DNA of 64,000 bases from an uncultured Gemmatimonadales bacterium. GTDB lineage: Bacteria > Gemmatimonadota > Gemmatimonadetes > Gemmatimonadales > GWC2-71-9. Positions 43,937 to 52,590 of the stretch are shown here, in pieces; positions within the stretch are counted from its first letter, which is position 1; every line of letters begins with the position of its first letter. The translations under genes were made by a program, and so were the position numbers. The notes under the pieces were generated by a model that saw only the letters and a program-made list of their open reading frames with translations, was not told where the DNA came from and searched no databases. The stretch lies in NCBI GenBank assembly GCA_963796635.1, contig CAWCMH010000001.1:198296-262295 (forward strand), in the 5' to 3' direction.

Positions 43937-44905
43937 ATGCACCCCGAAAGTCTAGCTATAATCTGTCTACCGATTGGGGAGGGCTACGCCATGATTGCCG
44001 GCGATATCAACGGCGACGGCTTGGCGAATGACCGCGCCTTCATTCCAGCTAGTGGTGAAGGCGACAGCGGGATCCGCGATCAGCTGTCCGCGCTGTTGTC
44101 GTCTGCTCCACAGCTCGTTCGCAATTGCTTGACGGAGCAGCGTGGGCAAATAGCCGCCGCAAATTCTTGCCGCGGTCCATGGCAAACGCGGTTGGACATC
44201 AACATTGACTTTGTTCCCCCACGTGGTGTCGGTCTTGGTAACCGCCTGCACATCACGACTAAGCTGATCAACGTTGGCGCCGCACTGGAGCGCGGTCTCG
44301 GGCTTGGGGCTGGTACCACGATGGGTGCCTTTCCCGATCAAAGACTCCTCTACATAACAGGATTTGATCCTGCTACTGAATCCTTTCGATATCGGGTCAA
44401 TCAGCTGTTCGGCCAGCCTATAGGCACCAGCATGACGAACCATTTCCCTCCCTTTCAGCTTCAGTTGGGCGCGGAGTATCGGTTCAGCGAGGCACCCCAG
44501 AATCCGGTAGTAAAGGAGATGGGCCTGACCCAAACCGGCGACTCCGCAACGATGGCCCGTCACGTCCTCGATGCATTTCACCGGATCTCGAAAAATCCCA
44601 TCGATACCATCCTAGCCTTTAGGGACTCGCTTGAGCTGGACAAAACGCAGGTTGCTCTCCTGCGCGGCGATCGAGAGGAGTATGAGAGTCAGGTTGCAGC
44701 ACTATCCGCTCCATTAGTACCGCTGATCCTTCAACAAGGCAAGAGGCTAACCGATGATAACTTGACGTACGTTCTGATTCGCCTTCTCTCGTCGATTGAG
44801 CCAGCTCGGACGGCGACTCGCAACCGAGCGATCGCAAGGCTCAATCCGGCTCAGCTGCTGAAGCTTGACGCATTGCTCGCCTCGGACCGTTCCGGACATA
44901 ATTAG
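43937..44905 (+). CDS. Hypothetical protein, probably 5'-truncated by the adjacent IS
   Basis: The ORF's ATG overlaps the last base of the IS3 right end. The sequence begins mid-domain-like (..GDINGDGLANDRAFIP..). Lower GC. No signal peptide. Confidence 0.4.
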   Translation: MHPESLAIICLPIGEGYAMIAGDINGDGLANDRAFIPASGEGDSGIRDQLSALLSSAPQLVRNCLTEQRGQIAAANSCRGPWQTRLDINIDFVPPRGVGLGNRLHITTKLINVGAALERGLGLGAGTTMGAFPDQRLLYITGFDPATESFRYRVNQLFGQPIGTSMTNHFPPFQLQLGAEYRFSEAPQNPVVKEMGLTQTGDSATMARHVLDAFHRISKNPIDTILAFRDSLELDKTQVALLRGDREEYESQVAALSAPLVPLILQQGKRLTDDNLTYVLIRLLSSIEPARTATRNRAIARLNPAQLLKLDALLASDRSGHN

Positions 44906-44959
44906 CATGTCGACGCTTGCTCGTCATGCCATGTACCGCCGGCACTCAAGGTTGACGCC

Positions 44960-44982
44960 GTTGAAAAGCGTTTACGCTCAAC
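44960..44982. terminator. Hairpin between convergent genes
   Basis: GTTGA-AAA-GCG-TTTA-CGC-TCAAC lies between the stops at 44905 (+) and 45002 (-). Confidence 0.3.
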
Positions 44983-45001
44983 GTCAGGTGGCCGATGACA
45001 C

Positions 45002-48000
45002 CTATTTTCTTCCCGGCCCGAGCATTCGCGTAGGAGCGTCTGGTAGCAGCGGGACAAAAGGAATATTTAGCTGCGAACAGATGCTTTGTCGGACCTCCCG
45101 GCGCACGTCAAACAAGTGAAGATGCGTAACAACCAAACTGCGGAGCACTCGTTGTCCGAGGCCGTTGCGATCCAACCTGTCATATAAGGATCGGACCTCG
45201 GGCTCTGATAGCCCAGCCGCGCGCTGAAGCCTAATCGCCATCGTTATCAACTCGACTGCCGGCAGAGGGCTAAGTTTCGCAATATCGCTGAATACGGGGT
45301 CAAGCAGGGGCGTACCGACATCAGAGGCCGTACGCTGAACCATACTGTATGCCGTGATGTAAATCTGCCAGTACGCGGCGTTCTGAGCGGCTAAGACTAG
45401 GTCGTTTCCCGAAAGCTCGGGATGGCGATGCCGCACAGCCGCAACGACTTCTTCTGCCAGCTCGTGTGGTGAGTCTTGCAGGAGCTTGTGTACATAGCCG
45501 AGAACCCGACGTCCAACCCCGTAAACGGCTCGGGTGATCCTGTCCTTTTGATCCCCGGTGAGCGTCCCCGGAAAGTTCTTTAACACCTGTCCAAGAATCT
45601 TCATTGTTCGGAACGCAACTGAGAGGCGGGTCATGACGTCCACGACGCTCTGTAACGCCGCGTCGCGTTCGATGCGGCGAGCATCCAAACGCTCGGTCGC
45701 CACATCTGAACCTCCGATGGAGTCAAGGTCTTCTCGATCTAGCGCCGTCAGATATTCGCGACGGCCGTCAGCGGACGACCTATCAACATACGCCACGCTT
45801 GCCAGCGCCTCCTCCAATTGGGGAAGACGGGTCGATCCCGTCGAAAGATCTGCCGGTAGTGATTCAGCGAAGAGCGTAGCAGCTTGCTCGAGCATCGGAT
45901 CGAGAACCGCCGGATCTTTAGTGTGGTGTGTAAGAAACAGCAACGTGTTCGCGCTTTCCTGTTCGTGCAAATGCCGAGTCAACTCGCGCACGCGCGCCCG
46001 GCCAACCTCCGATCCGATCCGTTCAGCGAGTGCCCTGCTAGCAAAGTAGTTATTCAAGTAATCATACCGGAAGGCGATCTCGCCATTGGCTTCCTGCAAT
46101 ATTCCGCGTTTGATGAATGCGTCGACGAGATTACGAAAGCCCATTGGTAAGCGGCGGTCGTCAACGAAACGTTGGTGGAATGCCATCATCCATGCTTCAG
46201 TCCACCGCACCATCCGTTCCTCTGCCGCTTCGAACGCAAGTTGGGTGAGATATGCAAGCTGCACATCGATCTGTTGGATGGTTGCGCCAAGACCCACTAA
46301 CTGTCGCCGAATCAACAGGTCATAGTAGTACCCGTAAGTGCTCTGCTGCAGGTTGAGTGACTCTTGGAAAGCACGACCTTGCAAGATTGCGATTACCGAG
46401 ACTGGCGTCGGAGGCGCGCCATACTGACCCACAGCAACGCCGAGAATGCGCCGCATATCAGCACGAAGTTCATCCGCAGCCGCGGCATCGACGACATCAG
46501 CCATGACGACGTACCGATCAATCAGTTCTTCGCGGCGAACAAACCCCATGGGAAGCAGCCGAAATTGAGCAAACGGCGTTCCGCCCCGAAGCGACGGCAC
46601 AATTCCAGCGATTTGATTGACTAGCTGGGCGAGATCATTGGAGAACAGGACGGTTGTGTCGGCCAACCGGGAGAGTCGATCGATGGCTGCTGACACACCG
46701 ATGGATGAGGCTGAGATGGAGGATGCGTCATCAACGAGCAAGATTCGTTTGTCCATGCTCACTTCCCATAACCCAGCTTCTTCGGCAACATATTGGTCCG
46801 CGAAGGCGCGGGCCACTTCGCGGCGATCATGATCGTCACCTTCCAAAGTGAGATGGCTGCCATCGAGAAAAATCGGCACCAAACCAGCGTCCAGTGCAGC
46901 CAGGAACATTCGCTTCGCTAGTACGGTCTTGCCGCTTTCGTCTGATCCGGTAATCAGGATCCGCTTGCGATCGATAGCCAGGTCCAGCAGATCCTCCCCA
47001 GGGTGAACCTTCGCTCGCGTCTCGACTGGAGCGGCGGTCACTTCACGCAGGTCAGGATAGACAAAGATGTCATCGAGGGCGAGTTGACCGCGCGTGGGAT
47101 GCAGTAGTGTGGTACCTGGGTCGACAAGGCGTTGTCGCATCGTCGGCGTAAGTGGGAAAGCGTGCCCGGCCCTCAACGGATTGACAGAGAACGCACTCCA
47201 AGACGCCGTCGCGCAATTTAGATCACCGACGTACGCGGTCCGATGCCACTGGAACGGAATGACTCGGTATTCCTGGCCCGCGCTGTTGATCTCGAGTATG
47301 TTGAACGCGCTGGGTCGCGGATGGCCATCACCTTGGAGCGCGACTCCCTCTATGTGAACAGCTTCACCGCCGAGTTCGTCCAGCAAGTGACTGACGCCGA
47401 ACTCGTGTTCGTGCCCGGTTAGAATGAAATCAGATGTCGATTGCAGTTGTCGGCGTACGACTCGCGTATTGCCAATGGCGAGCCAATTGTATGTGTGGTG
47501 CATCATTGAAATCACGACAGTGTCGCGTGGATCACTAGAAGCAGGGGCCGCCGGTTCAATGGACGATTCGGGAAACATCAAGCGTGTGGGTTGCTCGGGA
47601 ATCTGAGAAACCCACGCGGTGTTTAGGCACCGGATGCACAGCCGCCCTGAACTGCCTTCAACCAGATACTCGTAGTACAAGCGCGGCGTCGCATCAGAGA
47701 GTCCTTCGGCGGCGATGGCGTCCCTAAACCGAAAGAATGATTGTTGCGGCTGGACGCAAATCGCCGCCGTTGCTGGATCGTCTGCCAGATGCGGCTCTCG
47801 TAGCATGGCGTCTATAAGCACTGCGCGAGCAGGAGATACTTCGTGCAGGGCGCAATCGTGATTACCGGGCACGACGGCGACAAGAACTCGCGTGCTTGGT
47901 CGAAAGACAATGCTAAGCGACCCGCAAAGGGCGGATAGCCATGCACTCGCAAGCTCATACTGTTCGGCGAGACCGCTGTTTGCAATGTCGCCGCTCAGTG

Positions 48001-48130
48001 CCAGCAGGCACACGTCTGGATCAGATGCCAAATCTCGGACTGCCGAGACGATGTGTTCCACTCGACCGAGAACCGGATCGTTTTCCTCCCGAATGTGAAT
48101 GTCGCTAAGGTGTAGCACGAGGATCTGCAT
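45002..48130 (-). CDS. Metallophosphoesterase - P-loop NTPase - helical C-terminal region fusion protein (STAND-like architecture)
   Basis: Start set at MQILVLHLSDIHI (48130). All four calcineurin-like MPE motifs are present: SDIH (DxH), LSGDIAN (GD), VPGNHD (GNHD), LTGHEHE (GHxH). Walker A GSDESGKT lies at aa 395-402 (nt 46925-46948). Walker B ILLVDDAS lies at about aa 462-469. About 550 aa of helical C-terminus have no recognised domain. It is a single gene in a lower-GC patch. Confidence 0.75.
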   Translation of the reverse strand: MQILVLHLSDIHIREENDPVLGRVEHIVSAVRDLASDPDVCLLALSGDIANSGLAEQYELASAWLSALCGSLSIVFRPSTRVLVAVVPGNHDCALHEVSPARAVLIDAMLREPHLADDPATAAICVQPQQSFFRFRDAIAAEGLSDATPRLYYEYLVEGSSGRLCIRCLNTAWVSQIPEQPTRLMFPESSIEPAAPASSDPRDTVVISMMHHTYNWLAIGNTRVVRRQLQSTSDFILTGHEHEFGVSHLLDELGGEAVHIEGVALQGDGHPRPSAFNILEINSAGQEYRVIPFQWHRTAYVGDLNCATASWSAFSVNPLRAGHAFPLTPTMRQRLVDPGTTLLHPTRGQLALDDIFVYPDLREVTAAPVETRAKVHPGEDLLDLAIDRKRILITGSDESGKTVLAKRMFLAALDAGLVPIFLDGSHLTLEGDDHDRREVARAFADQYVAEEAGLWEVSMDKRILLVDDASSISASSIGVSAAIDRLSRLADTTVLFSNDLAQLVNQIAGIVPSLRGGTPFAQFRLLPMGFVRREELIDRYVVMADVVDAAAADELRADMRRILGVAVGQYGAPPTPVSVIAILQGRAFQESLNLQQSTYGYYYDLLIRRQLVGLGATIQQIDVQLAYLTQLAFEAAEERMVRWTEAWMMAFHQRFVDDRRLPMGFRNLVDAFIKRGILQEANGEIAFRYDYLNNYFASRALAERIGSEVGRARVRELTRHLHEQESANTLLFLTHHTKDPAVLDPMLEQAATLFAESLPADLSTGSTRLPQLEEALASVAYVDRSSADGRREYLTALDREDLDSIGGSDVATERLDARRIERDAALQSVVDVMTRLSVAFRTMKILGQVLKNFPGTLTGDQKDRITRAVYGVGRRVLGYVHKLLQDSPHELAEEVVAAVRHRHPELSGNDLVLAAQNAAYWQIYITAYSMVQRTASDVGTPLLDPVFSDIAKLSPLPAVELITMAIRLQRAAGLSEPEVRSLYDRLDRNGLGQRVLRSLVVTHLHLFDVRREVRQSICSQLNIPFVPLLPDAPTRMLGPGRK

Positions 48131-48388
48131 CTTCAGCCCCCCAATTGAAATTAGGACCATGACTAGTGTTCGTTGATCACTGATGCGCGGTGTGCGCCTA
48201 AAACTGATGGCTCCATGACCGCGACGACCCGCTTCATCGTCGCGAGCGTGCGGAAGAGCATGGTTCATCGAACCCGTGATAACCCTGACAGGCCGTGTGC
48301 TGCCGTGTGACCCGCCAAAGGTTGCTTCATCGTTGTCGATGTCGTTTGTAAGTCATAGAGGATACCGCAGGTGTTCGGTGCATCCTGG

Positions 48389-49024
48389 TTACTCTTGCTC
48401 ATCGCGAAATTGCCGCTCGGCCCAGCGGATCAGCTGGGCTTTGCCATGAATCCCCAGTCGCCGCGTGAGCGTGGCCACGTGATATTCGACCGTCTTGGTC
48501 GAAATGTCGAACTCGGCGGCGATGTTGGCATACGAGTGGCCGGAGCGGAGGCGCGCCAACACGCTGCGCTGGCGTTCCGACAGGTGGATGGGACTGGCCG
48601 CATCCGGAAACGCGCCACCACCCGCGCCCCGGCGTTGCATCATCGGCGTCACATAGGTTCGCCCGGCGAGAGCCTCGTCGATCGCGATCCGCAATTCGGC
48701 CGGCGCGGATTCTTTGACAATGTATGCCACGGCTCCGGCACGCAGCGCCGCGTCGGCGAGGACCGGGTCCGCGTGCGCCGTGAGAATGACGAACCGTGTT
48801 TCCGCATACCGAGCCACCAAACGGGGCAAAGCCTCGAGCGCGCTGACCTTGCCGAAGGCGAGATCAAGCAGAACGATTTGAGGGGACGTGCGGGAGATTC
48901 CGCTTTCAAGTCCATCGAGTCCAGTAACGATGCCCACCACTTGGTACCAGCGGCCGAGCGACGATGAAAGTGCCTCAGCGATGAGCGCATGGTCATCGGC
49001 CACAAGGACGGTGGGCCGGGTCAC
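48389..49024 (-). CDS. NarL/LuxR-family response regulator
   Basis: REC domain (VLVADDHALIAE...IVLLDLAFG...). C-terminal LuxR HTH (LSERQRSVLARLRSGHSYANIAAEFDISTKTVEYHVATLTRRLG). Confidence 0.85.
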   Translation of the reverse strand: MTRPTVLVADDHALIAEALSSSLGRWYQVVGIVTGLDGLESGISRTSPQIVLLDLAFGKVSALEALPRLVARYAETRFVILTAHADPVLADAALRAGAVAYIVKESAPAELRIAIDEALAGRTYVTPMMQRRGAGGGAFPDAASPIHLSERQRSVLARLRSGHSYANIAAEFDISTKTVEYHVATLTRRLGIHGKAQLIRWAERQFRDEQE

Positions 49025-49770
49025 GAGGCTTTCCCCGGCCGCGGTATCATGGCGACCACCCGGGTTCCCTTGTGCGGTGCGCTTTCGATCCGGAGGCTTC
49101 CGCCCAGAATGCCGAGACGCTCCCGCATTGAAGCGATGCCGATCCCAGGCCCAGCGATCCGGCGACTTGCGTCAAAGCCGCAACCGTGATCTTCGATGAT
49201 CAGAGTTATGGTTGTGGGATCCTGTCGCAGTTCCATGCGCACGCGATCGACGCCTGCGTGCCGTGCAACATTTCCAAGAGCCTCCTGGGCGACCCGGTAA
49301 AGGGCGAGCCGTTGGGGCGGGGCCGCGCCATCGAACAACGAGCCGGTGATGTAGTCGACGGTCATGTTTTCGCGGTCACCTAGGGTCACGGCCAAGTCGC
49401 GCATCGCGGCGTCCAAGCCAACGTGGTCGAGCAGGGTGGGGTGAATGCTGCGGGCGAAGCCGCGCAAATGGTCCGCCAGTTGATCGAGGCGCGCCGCCAT
49501 TGCCGTTACGGCTGGCAGGTCGCAGGCCTGCGCTTGCAGGGTCAGCGTGATCAGTGTCTGCACGATGTCATCATGCAGTTCTCGGGCGATTGCGGCGCGT
49601 TCCTCATCCTGGGCTGTCAGCAACCTCCCGCCGAGGAAGGCACGGGCTTTCAGCAGCCGGCGTCGTTGCACCACTGCGGACGCGATGAGCAACCACACCA
49701 GGAGCGTGGCCACCACCGAACCGGTGATTAGGATCGCGAGCAGGACGTTCTCGTGATGAACCGGCGTCAC
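49021..49770 (-). CDS. Histidine kinase core (HisKA_3 + HATPase_c) with one TM helix
   Basis: GTG start at 49770 overlaps the upstream stop (GTGA). H-box ARELHDDIVQTL. ATPase boxes EALGNVARHA, DHGCGF and GPGIGIASMRERL. 4-nt overlap with the response-regulator gene. Confidence 0.7.
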   Translation of the reverse strand: MTPVHHENVLLAILITGSVVATLLVWLLIASAVVQRRRLLKARAFLGGRLLTAQDEERAAIARELHDDIVQTLITLTLQAQACDLPAVTAMAARLDQLADHLRGFARSIHPTLLDHVGLDAAMRDLAVTLGDRENMTVDYITGSLFDGAAPPQRLALYRVAQEALGNVARHAGVDRVRMELRQDPTTITLIIEDHGCGFDASRRIAGPGIGIASMRERLGILGGSLRIESAPHKGTRVVAMIPRPGKAS

Positions 49771-50435
49771 GGCTGCGGCCCCGTCGAGTCGGCGGACGGC
49801 AGGAACAGTGCCCGGATGAGAATCACTTCGGCCAGTGAAGCCAGCAGATTGCACATTGCATAATATCGCTCCACATACCCTAACATGTCGCGGATCAGCA
49901 GCTGTACCATCAGTGTCTGCAGCGATGATGCGACGCCGTAGCCCGAGAGCCCGGCCGCGATCAGGAATCCGGGATCGACAAGCGTGTCTACCCGTCCAAA
50001 CCACGCGCGCTGCCGAAGAGTCGCGATGGCTGGCACCAGAATGACGAGTGAATGCAATGGGTTCAGGTAGGTCGAATACGACGTGACCGGCTCGACGGTG
50101 AGCAATAACGTGACCCAGGTCACGGCGTAGCCCAGCATGAGCGCGCGAATCAACGTTGCGCGGCGACGGGTGAGTTGGTAGGACGCCAGCGCTTCGAGCG
50201 CGAAGATCACGGCCATAAGGATCCAGACGTGGGCGATGGTCTGGCTGTTGTGTGCCACCCGGGCCGCGGCGAATGATGCCGCGTCCAACAAGGCGGCACA
50301 GCCAAACCACAGCGTGATCGCGCGTTGGCCGCGTCTACTCAGGCGCCACCGCACCGACCCGACGATGAAACCGGTCAGTTCGAGCGCGGACATTCCGTAC
50401 TCAATGACGAGGCTCCAGTCCACCGACCTGATCAT
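49767..50435 (-). CDS. Multi-pass membrane protein (possible detached sensor domain of the kinase)
   Basis: 222 aa with 6-7 hydrophobic helices. Ends in a GTGA overlap with the kinase-core ORF, in a different frame. Confidence 0.6.
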   Translation of the reverse strand: MIRSVDWSLVIEYGMSALELTGFIVGSVRWRLSRRGQRAITLWFGCAALLDAASFAAARVAHNSQTIAHVWILMAVIFALEALASYQLTRRRATLIRALMLGYAVTWVTLLLTVEPVTSYSTYLNPLHSLVILVPAIATLRQRAWFGRVDTLVDPGFLIAAGLSGYGVASSLQTLMVQLLIRDMLGYVERYYAMCNLLASLAEVILIRALFLPSADSTGPQP

Positions 50436-50440
50436 GCCGA

Positions 50441-50776
50441 TTATGTGCCGCCGTTAAGGCTGTTCGACTGACTACAAAATGGTGGACATGGAAGTGGCTG
50501 CTCTTCGGTGCCGCCGCCATTGGCAAGCATATCGTCGCCGTTCGCATCGGTGCCAACCAGCACGAACGTCCATCGACTCTCTCCGGTGTTGCCGTCATCG
50601 GGTTTGAGGCCCAAGTAGATGCGGATCCCGGCACAGCCGGGCTGGCCGAGAAGGGTATCGAAAGCGATGCGATCGAACTGGCCGGCGTTGAGCGCGCCTG
50701 CGGGCTGGCTGTCGCGCCACCGTGCAGTCAGCTGGGCGGCGTCGTGGGGAGTGATGAAGTGCGGGTCGTCGGGCAT
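50441..50776 (-). CDS. Small hypothetical protein
   Basis: 111 aa (..LLGQPGCAGIRIYLGLKPDDG...WTFVLVGTDANGDDML...CPPFC..). No recognised family. Confidence 0.45.
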   Translation of the reverse strand: MPDDPHFITPHDAAQLTARWRDSQPAGALNAGQFDRIAFDTLLGQPGCAGIRIYLGLKPDDGNTGESRWTFVLVGTDANGDDMLANGGGTEEQPLPCPPFCSQSNSLNGGT

Positions 50777-51274
50777 CGGGCTGTCCTGGAAGCAAGGTGG
50801 GTCGTTGGTGGCTCGCAGGACACAGCTTACTCCCTAACAACCCGTGAGGCCACTAGGGAAACACCTAGTGAGATGGGTCCTGGGTGCTTTACTAGTTCCC
50901 CTGACGCCGGAATTCTTCGTATCCTATGTGCCTGCGATGGCCAATGGTCAGCAGAGCGCTTTGCGGTCAAAGCCAGTCATTGCAGGCGAGGATTACCGTG
51001 CGAGCAATCAGGAATGTCGAATCCCAGAGCGCATGGTGTATGGCGCGGGCGTCAGGCTACACGCGTTCCGAGATCATGGAATGCCACCCAATGGCCCGCA
51101 GATGCCTTGTAACGATACGATCGTAACCACGAGACCAGTTCGCAAAGGACCCACTATGGCTCCCATGTTTAGCTCGACCACAAGATCATCAGGTACACGC
51201 TCCTTTGACGATGATCTCCGTGCCGGGGGACGGCTCGGCGCGATCGTGCTACTACTGCTTGTTAGCACGCATCT

Positions 51275-52590
51275 GGTACAGACTGAGGACATGGGTTACA
51301 CGTTGGACCGAGGACATCGGTTACACCTGCGTTAGATCCGGTTCCGATTGTGCGCGCCGTGCATCCGATAATCTCGCTCATCCAGCCGCCCCAGCAAGAG
51401 GTCGCCGAAATACACCGACCAGATGCCATCGGCGACCTCATCGAGTCCGACGTACTCCTCCGCCAGGACGTGGCTCACGTTCACCCACCGATGCTGCCAA
51501 CGGATGCCGCCGTTGGTCGAGACATACCGGGTCTCGTAGTGGCGCGGGTACTCTGGGCTCCGGATCGTCCGTGGGTACGCGCGTGGCGAGGCGACGTAGT
51601 GCTGCGCCGGCGGTTCCTGGCCGAGGGCCTCGTGGGGCCGCTCCGTGTTGTAGTCCTGCTGAAAGGCATCGAAGCGACGTTGCTGACCACGGGGCGTCTG
51701 GGCCGCGGGTCGCGTCGCTTCCGCCTTCAGCGTGCGATGCATCCGTTCATGCCGCCCATTCTGTTCGGGGTGCGCAGGCTGAATGAGCTCCGGCGTGATG
51801 CCCAGCTTCAGCCACCACACACTGAGCGCCGAGAGTCGACCCAGCGCGCACGTCGCAAAGGGGGTGCCGTTGTCGCTGCGAATGCGATCCGGCAAACCAT
51901 ACGTCCGGAAGATCCGCTCGAAGACGCTCCGCGCACCGACACTCGCCGTCGACGGCAAGCCGTGACACGCCAGCAAATAGCGCGAGTAGCCATCGACGAT
52001 GGTGAGTGGATAGCAGTACGCGCCGGTGCCCAAGCGAAACTGTCCCTTGAAATCGACGGTCCACAGCGCGTTCGGCGCGTCCATCGGGGTGGTCGGTCGC
52101 CCGGGATGGCCGGGCGCAGGACGCCGCCGGCGGGCGCGCACCAGCCCTTCTCGCTTGAGCAGCGCGCCCACCGTACTCGCGACCGGCCATGGGTCGCGTC
52201 GCGGATGCCGCCGTGCGAGATAGGCCAGCAGCTTGCGCGGACCCCACGTCGGATGCGCCTGCCGCGTGCGCACAACCAGCGCCGCGAGCTCCCCATCCAA
52301 GAGTGTCGGGCTCGTCACCGGCCGTCGCGAGTGCTCTACGAATCCCGCCGCGCCCTCGACCTGGAATCGCCGCCACCATTTGTGACCGGTCTTTCGACTG
52401 ATGCCGAACCGCGCACAGAGCTCCGTCATCTGCCAGTGCTCGCGCGCAAACGCCTCGACAAAATCCTGCCGCTGCGACATAGGGGTCTCCACTCTCCACG
52501 GCATCACGCACCTCCTCGGTGCATGAAACCAACTTGAGAAGTGTTACCTATGTCCTCGGTCTATCTGTTACCGATGTCCCCGACTGCTCC
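51275..52590 (-). mobile_element. IS481-family insertion sequence, copy C (1316 bp)
   Basis: Same ends as copies A and B. One synonymous difference in the transposase gene (His codon CAT vs CAC). 3-bp direct repeat TCT at 51272-51274 and 52591-52593. The right end lies 7 nt from a TGCTAAC motif (complement of GTTAGCA 51261-51267). Confidence 0.9.
51332..52507 (-). CDS. IS481-family DDE transposase
   Basis: 391-aa product identical to that of copies A and B. Confidence 0.9.
   Translation of the reverse strand: MMPWRVETPMSQRQDFVEAFAREHWQMTELCARFGISRKTGHKWWRRFQVEGAAGFVEHSRRPVTSPTLLDGELAALVVRTRQAHPTWGPRKLLAYLARRHPRRDPWPVASTVGALLKREGLVRARRRRPAPGHPGRPTTPMDAPNALWTVDFKGQFRLGTGAYCYPLTIVDGYSRYLLACHGLPSTASVGARSVFERIFRTYGLPDRIRSDNGTPFATCALGRLSALSVWWLKLGITPELIQPAHPEQNGRHERMHRTLKAEATRPAAQTPRGQQRRFDAFQQDYNTERPHEALGQEPPAQHYVASPRAYPRTIRSPEYPRHYETRYVSTNGGIRWQHRWVNVSHVLAEEYVGLDEVADGIWSVYFGDLLLGRLDERDYRMHGAHNRNRI

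Larger units (their letters stand above)
41398..43937 (+). mobile_element. IS3-family insertion sequence, type 2, carrying a nested IS110-family element
   Basis: IRL TGACGTCTCCCCCGAAAACTTGGGCAG vs IRR (reverse complement) TGACGTTGGTCCCGTTTGGATACAG. orfA is split by a ~1.3-kb insert. A7G slippery run at 43042-43049. No flanking direct repeat was found. Confidence 0.7.

Noticed and set aside
51107-51267. A full attC in + orientation (TGTAACG ... GTTAGCA) at the IS481 copy C insertion site
   Set aside because: Arm pairing is weak, with only a CGATCG palindrome and an internal 8-bp stem. The segment is in-frame coding sequence of the interrupted gene. Only the CTAAC-type heptamer is convincing.
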